Source of the DNA: Octopus vulgaris
Taxonomy: Eukaryota
NCBI GenBank assembly: GCA_951406725.2
Contig: OX597827.1
Span: 33,728,001-33,792,000, forward strand
Direction of reading: 5' to 3'
Length of the DNA stretch: 64,000 nucleotides
Shown: positions 1-12,063 of the stretch, piece after piece
How the letters are laid out: each line of letters opens with the position of its first letter
Numbering within the stretch: position 1 is the first letter of the stretch
Made by a program: the position numbers and the translations under genes
Notes under the pieces: model-generated
The model's database searches: none
Seen by the model: the letters and a program-made list of their open reading frames with translations, nothing else
Told to the model about the DNA's origin: nothing

Positions 1-225
1 GCGACCAATGCCGGACCCCCCGGCCCCTGTGCAGGTGGCACGTAAAAAGCACCCAATCCACTCACGGAGTGGTTGGCGTTAGGAAGGGCATCCAGCCGTA
101 GAAACTCTGCCAAATCAGACTGGAGCCTGGAGCGGCCCCTGGCTTCCCAGACCCCGGTCAAACCGTCCAACCCGTGCTAGCGCGGAAAACGGACGTTAAA
201 CGATGATGATGATGATGATGATGAT
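1..225 (+). mobile_element. RTE-tail retroposon (5'-truncated RTE LINE or RTE-mobilised SINE), 3' end with (GAT)n tail
   Basis: Conserved ...GGAAGGGCATCCAGC...CCAACCC(A/G)TGCTAGC...GACGTTAAACGATGATGAT end, recurring more than 15 times in the window and shared with the RTE LINE 3' end at 4250-4548. Confidence 0.8.
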
Positions 226-252
226 ATATATATATATATATCATCATCATCA

Positions 253-429
253 AAAACACCCACTACACTCACGGAGTGGTTGGCATTAGGAAGAGCATCC
301 AGCTGTAGAAACACTGCCAAATCAGACTGGAGTCTGGTGCAGCCTCCATGGCTTACCGGACCCCGGTCGAACCGTTCAACCCATGCTAGCATGGAAAACG
401 GACGTTAAATGATGATGATGATGATGATG
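253..429 (+). mobile_element. RTE-tail retroposon copy
   Basis: Same terminal motif and (GAT)n tail as 1-225. Confidence 0.8.
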
Positions 430-431
430 AA

Positions 432-1133
432 GTTGGAATAAAGAGCCAGTGTGAAATTTTGCATTAAACTTGGGAACTCTGCTACAGAGGCATGGAGCCA
501 GCTTCAGCGAGCTTATAATGATAAGGCAATGAGCTGCACGTAATGTTTAGAGTGGCATGGGTGCTTCAAAATGGAAGAACATCCCTGGAAGACAATGAGT
601 GATCTGGAAAACATACCACAAGTGTCATTCCCAGAAAGGCAGAGAAAATTATTCAGCTTGTGCATGAAGGTCATCAGAGGACAATCAATGATGTTTTAAA
701 GCATTTGAGAGAGGACATTCAGCAAAAGCAACTGGAGCACAAAGAATTGGATTCTTCATGACAACAATGCATCCAGTCACTGAGCTCTTCTCACTTGTGA
801 GTTTCTCACCAAAAACAACATGGCATCGCTTCTGTATCTGTCCTATTCACCAGATTTAGCACCTGCAAACTTCCACTTCTCCCCCAAGATGAAAATGCAG
901 CTCAAAAGTTACTGTTTTAACACTGTTGTTGAGATAAAGAGCAAATTGCAGAAGGCCCTTGACTTGCTTACAGAAAATGACTCCCAGGTCAAATTCCATA
1001 AGTGACAGGAATGCTGGGACCAATGAATTGCTGTACATGGTGACTATTATGAAACAGATAATGTTAAATCTTGGGTAAATAAGTTATTTTTATTAAAAAG
1101 TAACAAGTCTGGGTACTTTTTGATACCACCTCA
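432..1133 (+). mobile_element. Mariner transposon remnant (internally deleted, stop codons)
   Basis: Translations KFCIKLGNSATE..., WILHDNNASSH and YSPDLAPANF match mariner transposase motifs (HDNA, YSPDLAP); right TIR-like end ...GGTACTTTTTGATACCACCTCATA. Confidence 0.85.
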
Positions 1134-1171
1134 TATGTATATGTATGTATGTATATATATATGTATGTGTA

Positions 1172-1640
1172 TAAAAAACCACCCTTTGTCAATTCAACTA
1201 TGAAAAAATCAAATTATACCATATAGAAAAAGATTACACCATATAGATAACAATTAAATATAAGATAAAACATATATCAATGATTAAATAATATACAAAA
1301 TAATAAATAAAACGTATATAATTGGTAAAATGACTACACGTGTTTCGTGGCTATACTTAAGAACTGATAACTGTAAAATCAATTCAATTTAAATACAGCC
1401 ACTCTTCAGGTCAAAGATAAAAACAATAAAATAATTAAATAAATAAATATACATATATAATCTTGTAAAATACGAAATATCTTAACAAATATATTCTGGT
1501 GTAAATAAAACTAGAATAAATAGGTATAAATATTTATTATATTTATGAAAATAAAATTTTAACTTATATAAGAAAAGAATAACAAACTATAATATCATTA
1601 CTAGAAAAATTAAAATACAATTAATTAAATTATTTAAAAT
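1172..1640 (-). mobile_element. Short non-coding HHR-bearing element (Penelope pLTR/retrozyme-like)
   Basis: AT-rich segment containing the HHR and abutting the (TATG/TA)n microsatellite at 1134-1172. Confidence 0.6.
1331..1413 (-). ncRNA. Type I hammerhead ribozyme, canonical core
   Basis: Minus strand: UGAC-CUGAAGA-GUGGCUGUAUUUAA...UUAAGUAUAGCCAC-GAAA-CACGUG-UA-GUCA. Stem I is 4 bp, stem II 14 bp with two G-U pairs that work only on the minus strand, stem III is palindromic, and the cleavage triplet is GUA. Confidence 0.85.
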
Positions 1641-2048
1641 TGGATTCTTCATGACAACAAAGCGCCCAGTCACTGAGCTCTCCTCACTTGTAAGTTTCTC
1701 AACAAAAATAACATTGCATCGCTTCTGCACCTGTCTTATTCACCAGATTCTACCATCTCATCTATACTCTGATACCCGTTCCTTGCAAGTATACCCTGGC
1801 ACTTGCCACCATCTCTCCCCTACCCTTGCCTCTCCTATTCTCTCTTTTCTTTCCTCTCCCCTCTAGCTGAGTAATCATGAATCTCATCTACAGCAACAAA
1901 CGTGTAAGAGATGTAGTGAAATCACAAGTAGATTAACAGATAAGTTCACCTTCGTGTGTGACAGATATGCAGGAACAATAAACACTAAGAGCACATGGGA
2001 CTTAGGACCCTCTCAAATATCCAGGAGGCTCCCTCAAGGTAGTGGATA
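1638..2048 (+). repeat. Composite of three local duplications (copies of 745-856, 3766-3923 and 2695-2837)
   Basis: By-eye alignment gives about 90%, 90% and 95% identity; all three are in the same orientation as their sources and joined end to end. Confidence 0.85.
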
Positions 2049-2103
2049 TATATGTGTATATACATATGTATGTATATGAGTATATATATGCATATATATA
2101 CAT

Positions 2104-2146
<43 letters not shown>

Positions 2147-2163
2147 CATATACACATACATAC

Positions 2164-2230
<67 letters not shown>

Positions 2231-2256
2231 TATATGTATATGTATGTATGTATATA
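2046..2256. repeat. (TA)n-rich compound microsatellite
   Basis: Direct reading. Confidence 0.95.
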
Positions 2257-2440
2257 CAGAGTGTCCCAAAAGTCACTGATGGGTTTCAATTTTTAATAAC
2301 TTCCTTAACTTTACAAATAAATGCATGAAATTTTGATACAATATAAAGAACATAATGGAAATTATTATGCACATGTCAAATTTTGTAACACTACTACATC
2401 ACATATGAAAAATGACATCACTTTAAATGGCAGCCACCTT
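2257..2440 (+). mobile_element. Tc1/mariner-type left end remnant
   Basis: TA followed by CAGAGTGTCCCAAAAGTC resembles CAGGGTGTCC-type TIRs; no partner TIR found. Confidence 0.4.
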
Positions 2441-2444
2441 ATGT

Positions 2445-4548
2445 GTACTCTGATATCATCCAGATCTGGCTAACTGCATTGAATGAAAGGGAACCTTTAG
2501 AATCATTTAAGACAAACAATTAAATTGTACTTCACTCAGTTGGTAAATCCCAAGTTTGATCTAGCAAAGATCAAAGTTGTTAGCAAGAAAGCAGACAAGA
2601 CTCTAATTCCATCAGGTAAATGGCCCTGCTCAATCTGTATTAAATGAGTGGGAAATAATTCCATTTGCTGCACCAAATGTAAGTTATGGACATATAAGAG
2701 ATGTAGTGAAATCACAAGTAGATTAACAGATAAGATCACCTTCATGTGTGGCAGATATGTAGAAACAATAAACACTAAGAGCACATGGGACTTAGACCCT
2801 CTCAAATATCCAGGAGGCTCTCTCAAGGTAGTGGATAGATTCTGTTACTTAGGTTACCAAATTAGCAAGGTGGGGGTGGATGCTCTGAAAGTATTGTTTC
2901 TAGAATATGAATAGGATGGAGAAAATTCAGAGAGCTCCTACCTTTGTTGGCAACAAAAGGATTCTCTTTCTCAGAGTGAAAGGTAGATTGTACAATGGTT
3001 GTGTATGAACAACTATGCGCCATGCTAGTGAAACTTGGGCACTGAATGCAGAGGACATGTGTAGACTAGAGAGAAATGAAGGTAGTATTCCCTGTGGGAT
3101 GTGCAGCCTCAATGCACATGAACAACGAAGCACAAATGTGTTGAGAGACATGTTGAGCATAAGAGGAATCAAATGCAGCTTGCAAGAGAGACTATATTTT
3201 GGTTTGGTCATGTGATGCATAAGAATGAAGACAGCTGTATAAAGAAGTGCTAGTCACTGAAAGTGGATGGCACCTGTGGAAGAAGGAGACTCAGGAAGAC
3301 ATGGATGAAGTGGTGAGGACTGATTTCAGGATGTTGGGACTCACAGAGGAAACGATATTGGGCTGAGATGTCTGGTGATATGAAGTTCTAGAGAAGACCC
3401 CCACCATGTCAGCGAACTTGAGATCCAGAAGCATTGTGTTCCACAATAAAACTTTCACACACCCTACCCCCAACAAACCAAACTACATCCTCCATTTCCC
3501 TTCCCAGAGTGTTTCTTTTCTCTTCATACACTATGATTATCTCCCATTCCAATCCAGTCCTTGCTACCCTGCTCACTGTTTTGTTGCTTCCCACTGTCCC
3601 CTTCCCCCTCTGCAAACCCAGATTCTCACCAGTCACAGCATTCCCTACCCCTACTCCCCAACCCAGTCCTCACTGCTCCCCCCTGTACCCCCTCTATATA
3701 GCTAGATTCTCTCCAGTCATTGCATTCCCCCCCTCCCTGCTACAATTCATCTCCCTCTTCCTTACTCTACCATTCCATCTATGCTCTGATACCCTGGTCC
3801 TTGCAAGTATACCCTGGCACTTGCTGCCATCCCTCCCCTGCTCTTGCTTCTCCTATTCTCTCTTTTCTTTCCTCTCCCCTCAAGCTGAGTAATCACCAAT
3901 CTCATCTACAGCAACAAACGTGTTTCTGCCCTCATTCTTAACTACTCTCTCTCCTTCCTTCCCTCGCCATTACTTCTGGCTAGGGAACCATGTATCTCCT
4001 TTACAATAGCTCACCTCTTGTTAACTCCCACTCTCTCTCTCTCTCTCTCTCTAGGTAACTGTTTCTTCCCTCATGCTTTTTAACTCTCGCTCTCTTTGGC
4101 TGGGTAACCATGGACCTCTTCTACCACGAGACACCTGTTTCTGCCTCTCTATCACACTCTAATCTTTCATCATTTGACAGAAGCTCACCTCCTCCAATGC
4201 CCTCTCTCCTCTCAATGATGCTTTGTCTTGCAAACTTACTTGGTGATGCCGCCAATACAGGTGTCACTTAAAAAGTATCAAGTCCACACTGTAAAGTGGT
4301 TGGCATATGGAAGGGCATCCAGCTGTAAAAACCATACCAAGACTGGCCTTGTCTGTGTGAGTGCCACATAAAAAGCACTCAACCCACACTACAGAGTGAA
4401 TGTTGTTAGGAAGGGTATATAGCTGTAAAAACCATGCCAAAACACACTCAGAAGTGTACTACAGGCATCTGCCTGGCCAGCTCCTGTCAGACCATCCAAC
4501 CTATGCCATCATGGAAGAAGGATGTTAAATGATGATGGTGATGATGAT
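2445..4548 (+). mobile_element. RTE-clade LINE remnant (C-terminal RT region plus 3' UTR)
   Basis: Broken frames GKWPCSIC..NSICCTKCKLW, VVDRFCYLG, RIGWRKFRELLPLL, HASETWAL, RLYFGLV/FGHVM; pyrimidine-rich 3' UTR ending in (GAT)n. Confidence 0.85.
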
Positions 4549-4582
4549 AATATATATATATATACATATACACTTATTTATC

Positions 4583-4745
4583 TCATCATCATCATCATCT
4601 TTGTTGTTTAACATCCACTTTCCAGAAGGCTGCACCAGGCTCCAATCCGATCTGGCAAAGTTTTTACATCTGGATGCCCTTCCTAATGCCAACCACTCCC
4701 AGAGTATAGTGGGTGCTTTTACATGCCACCAGCATGGGAGCCAGT
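4583..4745 (-). mobile_element. RTE-tail retroposon copy
   Basis: Reverse complement of the family end with (ATC)n. Confidence 0.7.
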
Positions 4746-6616
4746 TAGGTGTTACACAGTGGAATTGAACCCAAAACCACCTGTTTGGGAAGCAAACTTC
4801 TTAATGAGTCAGCCATGCCTACTCCACTATATATATATATATCTACATTAAAGATATATTCACACTGATTTTATATGTATGTAAAATATACAAGACAACA
4901 ATATACATTTCACCTAAGTTTATTACTGTTGAAATCACATTTCTGTTGTTCAATATATCAAAATAATTTGACATATTCAGACTCACATACATATATGCAG
5001 ACACACACTAATGATGTCATACTCACAGTCAGCATTCATGTATACTTACAATGAGCATGTACACACTCATATTCATAAATCTGTAAGAAATCAATTCATC
5101 AATCATTCTCAGAGGTTTTGTTCCTTGTAAATTCACTGAAACTGATTTGAGATTAAGTGAAACATAATCCTAATGAATAAATAAAATTATTTTAATGAAA
5201 TTTTTGTAGGAATTTGTTTGCATTCAGTAAAACATGTGTCTTTAATTGAAATCCATCTAGTAGGGTAATTTTTCCATTTGAAGGAAAAAAGAAATAATTT
5301 GAAATTTATTTAAATTGATTCTGTTTTTGATAAGAGTCCATACAAGTTTCATCAAAATCCAATCTACTTTTACTGGAATTCATTAAGAAAATTCATTGAA
5401 GTTAGAGAGAAATTCACGAATTCTTTATTGAAATATATTTGCAAAATTCATTCAGAATTTTATTATAGGAATACATTTGTAAAATTTATCAATTTTCCAA
5501 TGCAAATTCTTCCATTTTGGCGCAGAATTTCATTCACAAAAATCACTGAATTTTTGAAGAAACTCATTCATAAGCCTTTGTAAAATATATTCAAGTTCTA
5601 GTAAAATTCTTTACATTTTTAGTGAAATTCATTGAAATTTTCATGATATACTTTAATGAATTTCTTCCAAGTTTCATTGGAATTTATTGACATTTCATTG
5701 AATTTTCTTCAAATATTACACAAGTTTATTCAAATTCTTTACAGATTTTGTAACAATTGTTAATAATTTTTATTTTTTTAGTCAGCAGCATAAAAACTAG
5801 TATCGTCGATGGTATGTGTAGTTCATATTACTTTGCCAATGAATGTCATAAACCAGTAAAATTTTTTTAAAGTGGTGTGTGTGTGTGTCTGTATAATTAG
5901 TGTTTTTGGCATTAAGGTGAATATTTCATGTTACCAGTGGTTAATATTTATGGATAGCAGTCATTTTATAGTTATTTTACAGTTAGATTTCAGTGAATTT
6001 ATGAACAGAAAATTATTCAACCAACAGCTCAAACTGTTTAACAGTAGGTTGAGTTTATCTTATGACTAATCTGGTCAGTATGTTTTAATAACCAGTAGTC
6101 AATGTTTTGATTCTCAGTAGTCAATGTGTTTCAATGATTCCTTGGACTAGAATGTTCCAGAGCAGTTCATAAACATGTAGCTTTTGGTTATTAGTTCTCA
6201 GATTGTCTTCAATTAGTTAATGTTTAAAACATTTCAATATTGTTTTGCTTTGATTTTTTTTCCTTCTTGTTTCTGAACAATAGTTTATGATTGCATGATA
6301 TCCAGTCTGTCAAGCGACAGCTGTATGTGTGTGTGTGTTTTAAAGTTTATATGTGGAATTAATTTATTTTGGGGAACAAAAGGTTGATATGAAATGAAAA
6401 AAGAAAAAGATTTTAGGATATTAGTTCTTGTGGATTGAGTATATTCAACATGCTGCTAGCTTAAGCAGTATTTGTAGTGGTGGAGGTGGTGGTGTGATGA
6501 TATGAGGAGTAATGGTGTTAGTAGTAATGGTGGTGGGAAACGATGGTGTTGGTGGTAGTGGTGGTGAGAGAGTAATAGGTTGTGATAGAAATGGTAGTAT
6601 GACATTGTTTAAGATA

Positions 6617-6666
<50 letters not shown>

Positions 6667-7680
6667 ATGTGTGTGTGTGTATGAGATTGGGATATGGAGT
6701 ATATAGTAACAATAATGGGAACAACAAGTTTATTTGAAATAATGACAATAACATCAACAATAAAAGCAACTGGAAGGAAATGAATTAATTCTTAGAATAT
6801 ATTTTGGTAGAAGCTAGAAGAGTGACAATCTAATTATGCAGAATGGGAATATAGTTGCATTTGTGATGATAATAGAACCATTTATCACATTCATTTTATG
6901 GTTACTTCTGAGGGGGCAAGTGAGCAGCATAAAGCATACATCATATATGGACTTAGGAATTTCATGGGATTACAGAAAAGTGTTTACATATATTGAAGAC
7001 TGTCATTCATACAAATTTTAGGAAAAAAGGCAGAAAGAAATTTTGCTCCTCTGAGAAGTCATCTCAGAAATCACTGTTGCCCCCAGTACATGCAGACCTA
7101 CCACTGCAATTTATAAATTCATAGCACTCTAGCAATGGATCCCACAGTTTTCACTTATCTGTAGGCATACTGTTTTTCTAATTCTGCTATGCACATCGAC
7201 ACTATATGTATATACACACACACACACATACATATATGCACGTGTGTGTGTGTATTTATATATAATGAATAAGCAAAAAGAAGAAAATGATTTGAGAACT
7301 TGGAAAAATTAAGAAAATATTTACATTTTTAACTACATATGTAGCTACTGGTTTCTATTATTTTAAAACAATGATTGTGTCATGCTGAAACAAGAGGTAA
7401 AAATTAATCTTTTCTTTCTTCTCTTTTTTATTCTTTTATCACTTTCTCTCTAAATTATTTAATCAGCCTTCATTATTGATTGAAGACTAGGAAAAGAATT
7501 TTAAATAATGTGTAAGCTTTTCATTAAATAAAACAAACAAATATATTTTCACATTTATCTATCTATCTACCTATCTGATGAGATAAGTTTCTTTAAGATG
7601 CCTCTGAAACTTGAAGTTGTATGGGGCCAAATGAAACTGTTTTAAATAATAATATATGTAACTCCTAAAAAAAAAAACAT

Positions 7681-7914
7681 GATTTTTTCATGGCCACTGC
7701 CAGTACTGCCTGACTGGCCCTCGTGCCAGTGGCACGTAAAAGCACCCACTACACTCTCAGAGTGGTTGGTGTTAGGAAGGGCATCCAGCTGTAGAAACTC
7801 TGCCAGATCAAGATTGGAGCCTGGTGCAGCCATCTGGTTCACCAGTCCTCAGTCAAATTGTCCAAGCCATGCTAGAATGGAAAGTGGACATTAAATGATG
7901 ATGATGATGATGAT
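7681..7914 (+). mobile_element. RTE-tail retroposon copy
   Basis: Family terminal motif and (GAT)n tail. Confidence 0.8.
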
Positions 7915-7924
7915 ATATATATAT

Positions 7925-7993
<69 letters not shown>

Positions 7994-8051
7994 CACACAC
8001 ACACATATGCAGAGAGAGAGAGAGGGATGTAGGAAGAGAGAGAGAGGGATG

Positions 8052-8132
<81 letters not shown>
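7914..8132. repeat. (TA)n-(CA)n-(GA)n compound microsatellite
   Basis: Direct reading. Confidence 0.95.
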
Positions 8133-8136
<4 letters not shown>

Positions 8137-8599
8137 TATCCCCAAGGTTATCTGCTGTTGGAACATGACTGAAAGATTTCTCCTCATTTAAACTATCCAG
8201 AAAGTATCTTGATTGGGACCACTTCACTTGAAGATACATGCCTATCACAGGGATTAAACTTAATACTGAATACTCATCAGTTTTGCAAGTCACTCATTGT
8301 TTATAGCAGTGAATGTATCACTGGATTGTACCTACTCAACATCTAGTGGGCTGAACTATTGTGACTGAAATATCCTGGCCACAGATACTGTGTAGTGCCA
8401 ATGATAGGATATAGACCTCTATCCAATTGGAAGTGAAAGTATGGTTGGGTGTATAAGAAGTTTACTTAAGGGCCACATGGTTCTGGGTTTGATCCTCACT
8501 GCATGGTATTTAGACTAAATGTCTTCTATCAATGACTCAGGTTAATCAGTGTCTTCTATCAGAGACTCAAGTTGATCAATGTCTTGCAACTGGAATTTG

Positions 8600-9035
8600 A
8601 ACATCCACTGGCAGATCAAGATTCCTGACACTGATGTGCTTCCGTATACCAACATCCTGAAACTATAACCTGTTGCAGAAATTGCATCTGCAATGGGCTG
8701 GTCACATCAGATGCATGCCTGTCACTGTATCCCAAATGGCTAGTCTATGGTGAACTCTGTCGAGGAAAGTTTGCTGTTGAGGATTGAAAAGAAGAGGTTC
8801 AAGTACTGTTTAAAAGTATCTCTAAGTGACCTCAACTTTGCCTGGGAACAGCCTACCCCAAAACCAACCAAAGTGGTACAGTCTGACAGACACAAATGCG
8901 AAAGAACTGCTGCTGAGATGAAATGTTCACCCTGCAAAGCTAGAACTATCAGTATCCCCAAGTACCACATCTTCCTATATGTGCTTCAAATTTGCAAAAC
9001 CTGGATGGGCTTAATCATTCACCTCCAAAGCTGAT
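8600..9035 (+). mobile_element. RTE (BovB-like) LINE 3' remnant
   Basis: WAGHIR, PKWLVYGEL, KKRFKYCLKVSL and CKTWMGLIIHL resemble the RTE C-terminus. Confidence 0.65.
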
Positions 9036-9458
9036 TAGATCAGACAGACACACGAGTTAATCTTGAGTCTTAGTCAATTTTAACAAAGAACATTTATATA
9101 GGGACTGAGTTAAGAACTAAATTAAATATTGTAAATTTAACTTTGAAATCACTGTATTTTGAATCCAAATCTTTCTAGGGTCAACTACACATTTCAACTC
9201 TTTGAGGTTGAAAGGATGTTTGAAAAACACTTATGCTGATTAGACTGACTCTACTCCCATTTCTGCAAAAACATTTTTGTCTTAACAGAAAAAATTGAAT
9301 TTGCAGTGTATATCTAGCAAGTTTGTGTATATATAAAGATATAATTTTTTTTTAGCAAGCTCACTGGCTAATCGAGACACCAACGCCTGTTCTGGCCCTG
9401 TTATTCTATATATTGCTGGTAGGGAGATGAGCCGCAACTATCTTTAGCAGTTGAGCAT

Positions 9459-9505
9459 CCATCATTGATGAAACCAAGCAAGGTTGAAATCATGTGATCT
9501 GGTGG
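9459..9505 (+). ncRNA. Type I hammerhead-like fold (U at position 3)
   Basis: CCAUCA-UUGAUGA-AACC(aagcaa)GGUU-GAAA-UCAUGUGA-UC-UGGUGG; stems I (6 bp), II (4 bp) and III all pair. Confidence 0.65.
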
Positions 9506-9724
9506 TCTCTGAGCTGGAGATGGTGAGAATTTATCTCTCCTCTCATTGTAACTACCACATATTAGTTTATTCTAACAATATCCACTCGATATTAAGACTA
9601 ATTCTGTCACTAATAAATAAAATTTGGTGTGTATATTTAGACATTATTAGATAGCCAAATGATAAGATAATTAATATTATTGTGTTTTTTACCTTGCTAA
9701 CACTGATTTAGTATTTCAAACCTT

Positions 9725-10082
9725 AAAAGTTCCATAGCGAGGATGACATTCCAGAGGCTGGTGCAGTTTGAATGGGAAACGATGCCCCACCTACCATATT
9801 CATCAGACATTACCCCATCTGATTATCATTTATTCTGCAGTCTCCAAAGTCATGTGGATGGGAAAAATATGAATTCTATAGATGAGGTCAGAACAGTACT
9901 GGAGGAGTATTCTTTGTCACAGACAAGTGAATTTTGGAAGAGGTGCCTTGCAAGCCTACCAGATAGATGGAAGAGCATTGTAGAAAATGAAGGAGAGTAT
10001 ATTTTAGATTAAAAAAGAACTTAATTTTGAAAAATAAAAGAAGTATAAAAAAACCCACATTATTTTTGGGATAACCCAATAT
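9725..10082 (+). mobile_element. Mariner transposase C-terminal remnant plus right TIR
   Basis: WETMPHLPYSSDITPSDYHLF...LPDRWKSIVENEGEY; ends ...GGGATAACCCAATA. Confidence 0.85.
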
Positions 10083-10084
10083 AT

Positions 10085-10350
10085 ATATTGTTGTATTTTG
10101 GGATGGTCATGTTGCCAGTTTAGCCAATAAAAACACACACACTATATAATTGGTGTTCACTTGCTTCAGCTTTATTTTATATTGATTGTATTGTATAAAG
10201 TTGAAGCAAGTGACCACCAAATATATAGTGCGTGGGTTTTTATTGGCTATCCCCCAAATACAACAATATGTTTTATTGACTATCCCCCAAATACAACAAT
10301 ATCTGTTTCAACACACGAATTCACATCAAGAATCTTGCAAAATGGATATA
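10085..10350 (+). repeat. Fold-back (inverted repeat) element with terminal tandem duplication
   Basis: 10085-~10176 is the reverse complement of ~10195-10269, with one internal gap; 10236-10269 is repeated at 10270-10302. Confidence 0.8.
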
Positions 10351-10355
10351 TAAAC

Positions 10356-10403
<48 letters not shown>

Positions 10404-10770
10404 GAAAGAATGGAGTTGAACGACGATTTAACAAGATACTAAGATAATTCATTCAACTACTTATATATATATATACATAAGCATATATATACATATATAT
10501 ATATACATATATATATATATAATATATACTGCATACATACATATACATATACACACAATATCATCATCATCATCATCATCGTTTAACGTCCGTTTTCCGC
10601 GCTAGCATGGGTTGGACGGGCTAGCACATATTTATATGCTACAAATGAGAAATCTGCAAGACCTTCTTAAGATTTAAAGGATGATGGTTTAAACAAGATA
10701 TTTTCCTTCACAACCTTGCTACCAAATAAATGACTGGTCAAAATTAACTAAATTAATAAGAGTAAGAGAA

Positions 10771-10801
<31 letters not shown>

Positions 10802-11269
10802 TTGATAGGTAGATGGATAGATAGATAGATAGATATAGATATACACACATTATACACACTAAGGAAAACTGATTAAAAAAGTAGGATAGCAACAAATGTA
10901 TTGAGCTGCGATTTATATTCAAGAGTTTGGTTTGTTGCTCCTATGGCATATGTCAGTGAATTCTATCAGAGTTTATCCAGAAGTTCTACAAAAAAAAAAA
11001 TTGTCTATATTTTGCTTGGAATATTTCACTAAACTGTAACTATTTGAAGCTATGTCTGAAGTGGAAGGAAGTAGAATTAAATATGTCTTGTTTGTTTTGA
11101 TTTTCTTTTAACTCAATGAAATGAAAGATAGGGAGAGAGGGAGAGAGAGAGACAGAGAGAAAGAGAGAGAGAGAGAGAGGAATAGATACTTTGTGACTCA
11201 GTTGCTTGATCGTGTCAGAAAATGAACTGTAAGACATGAAGAATACTCTTGAAGAAATGAAGAAATATT

Positions 11270-11692
11270 AGATCTTTTCGGTTTGAACGGCAGTATTTTC
11301 TAGCGGTGGCATATGAAATTGTCACCCACAATTATGACCCTAGTATCGATCTATTGCATTTCAATCTGTTTTTGGGTTAGGGTTAGAGCTAGGGGTGGGG
11401 GGAAGGGTATCTTTTTTTCTTCAGAAATGTAAATAAACCCAATCTGTTTCTTAAACGAGGGACATATTCATACGGCACAGAATGTTGTTTACCTGAATGG
11501 ACATAATTGATTGGTTGAAATTGCAGAAATTGAAGAAAAAAAACAACAAATATCTTACAAACTATAGAATTTTCTCAATAAAGCCAAGAGAAAAAGATGT
11601 TTTACAAACACATTCTACCAGTATACAAAGTTTTAAATTTTTTAGTTACCTAGAAATTATGTTAAAAACTGCCGTTCAAACTGAAAAGATCT
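11270..11692. mobile_element. MITE with ~25-bp TIRs and 8-bp TSD
   Basis: TIR AGATCTTTTCGGTTTGAACGGCAGT / ACTGCCGTTCAAACTGAAAAGATCT; GAAATATT is duplicated at 11262-11269 and 11693-11700. Confidence 0.9.
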
Positions 11693-11934
11693 GAAATATT
11701 GCTTACAATCTTTCCAACTTTAATAATCGACCAACTCTGTCCCCCAAAACTATTATACAAAACACTGCAGCTATTTTTCACATTTAATAATTAGAACAAA
11801 CCCTAAAGTCAGCACACATCTTGGTATCATTATTACAATATATTTATAAAACCTATACTGCCAGCATATCCAGAGGTCATTGATACCCCACTTACACATA
11901 AGTTGCTCAGAGTGTGTGTGTAGTGTACACACAT

Positions 11935-12014
11935 ACATAGCCTTGGGTCGACCAAAGCTTTGTGAGTGGATTTGGTAGATGGAAACTGAAAGAAGTCCAT
12001 TTTGTGTGTGTGTT

Positions 12015-12063
<49 letters not shown>

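Noticed and set aside
1985-2296. YIYIYI, CVCV, ERER, NNNN and SLSL ORFs here and throughout the ORF track
   Set aside because: Translations of stop-free microsatellites.
7570-7625. CTGATGA ... GAAACTTGAAGTT HHR candidate
   Set aside because: Stem II base and stem I pair poorly, and AAGTTTC/GAAACTT forms a competing stem; at best a relic.
8215-8285. Minus-strand CTGATGAG
   Set aside because: No properly placed GAAA or stem I partner.
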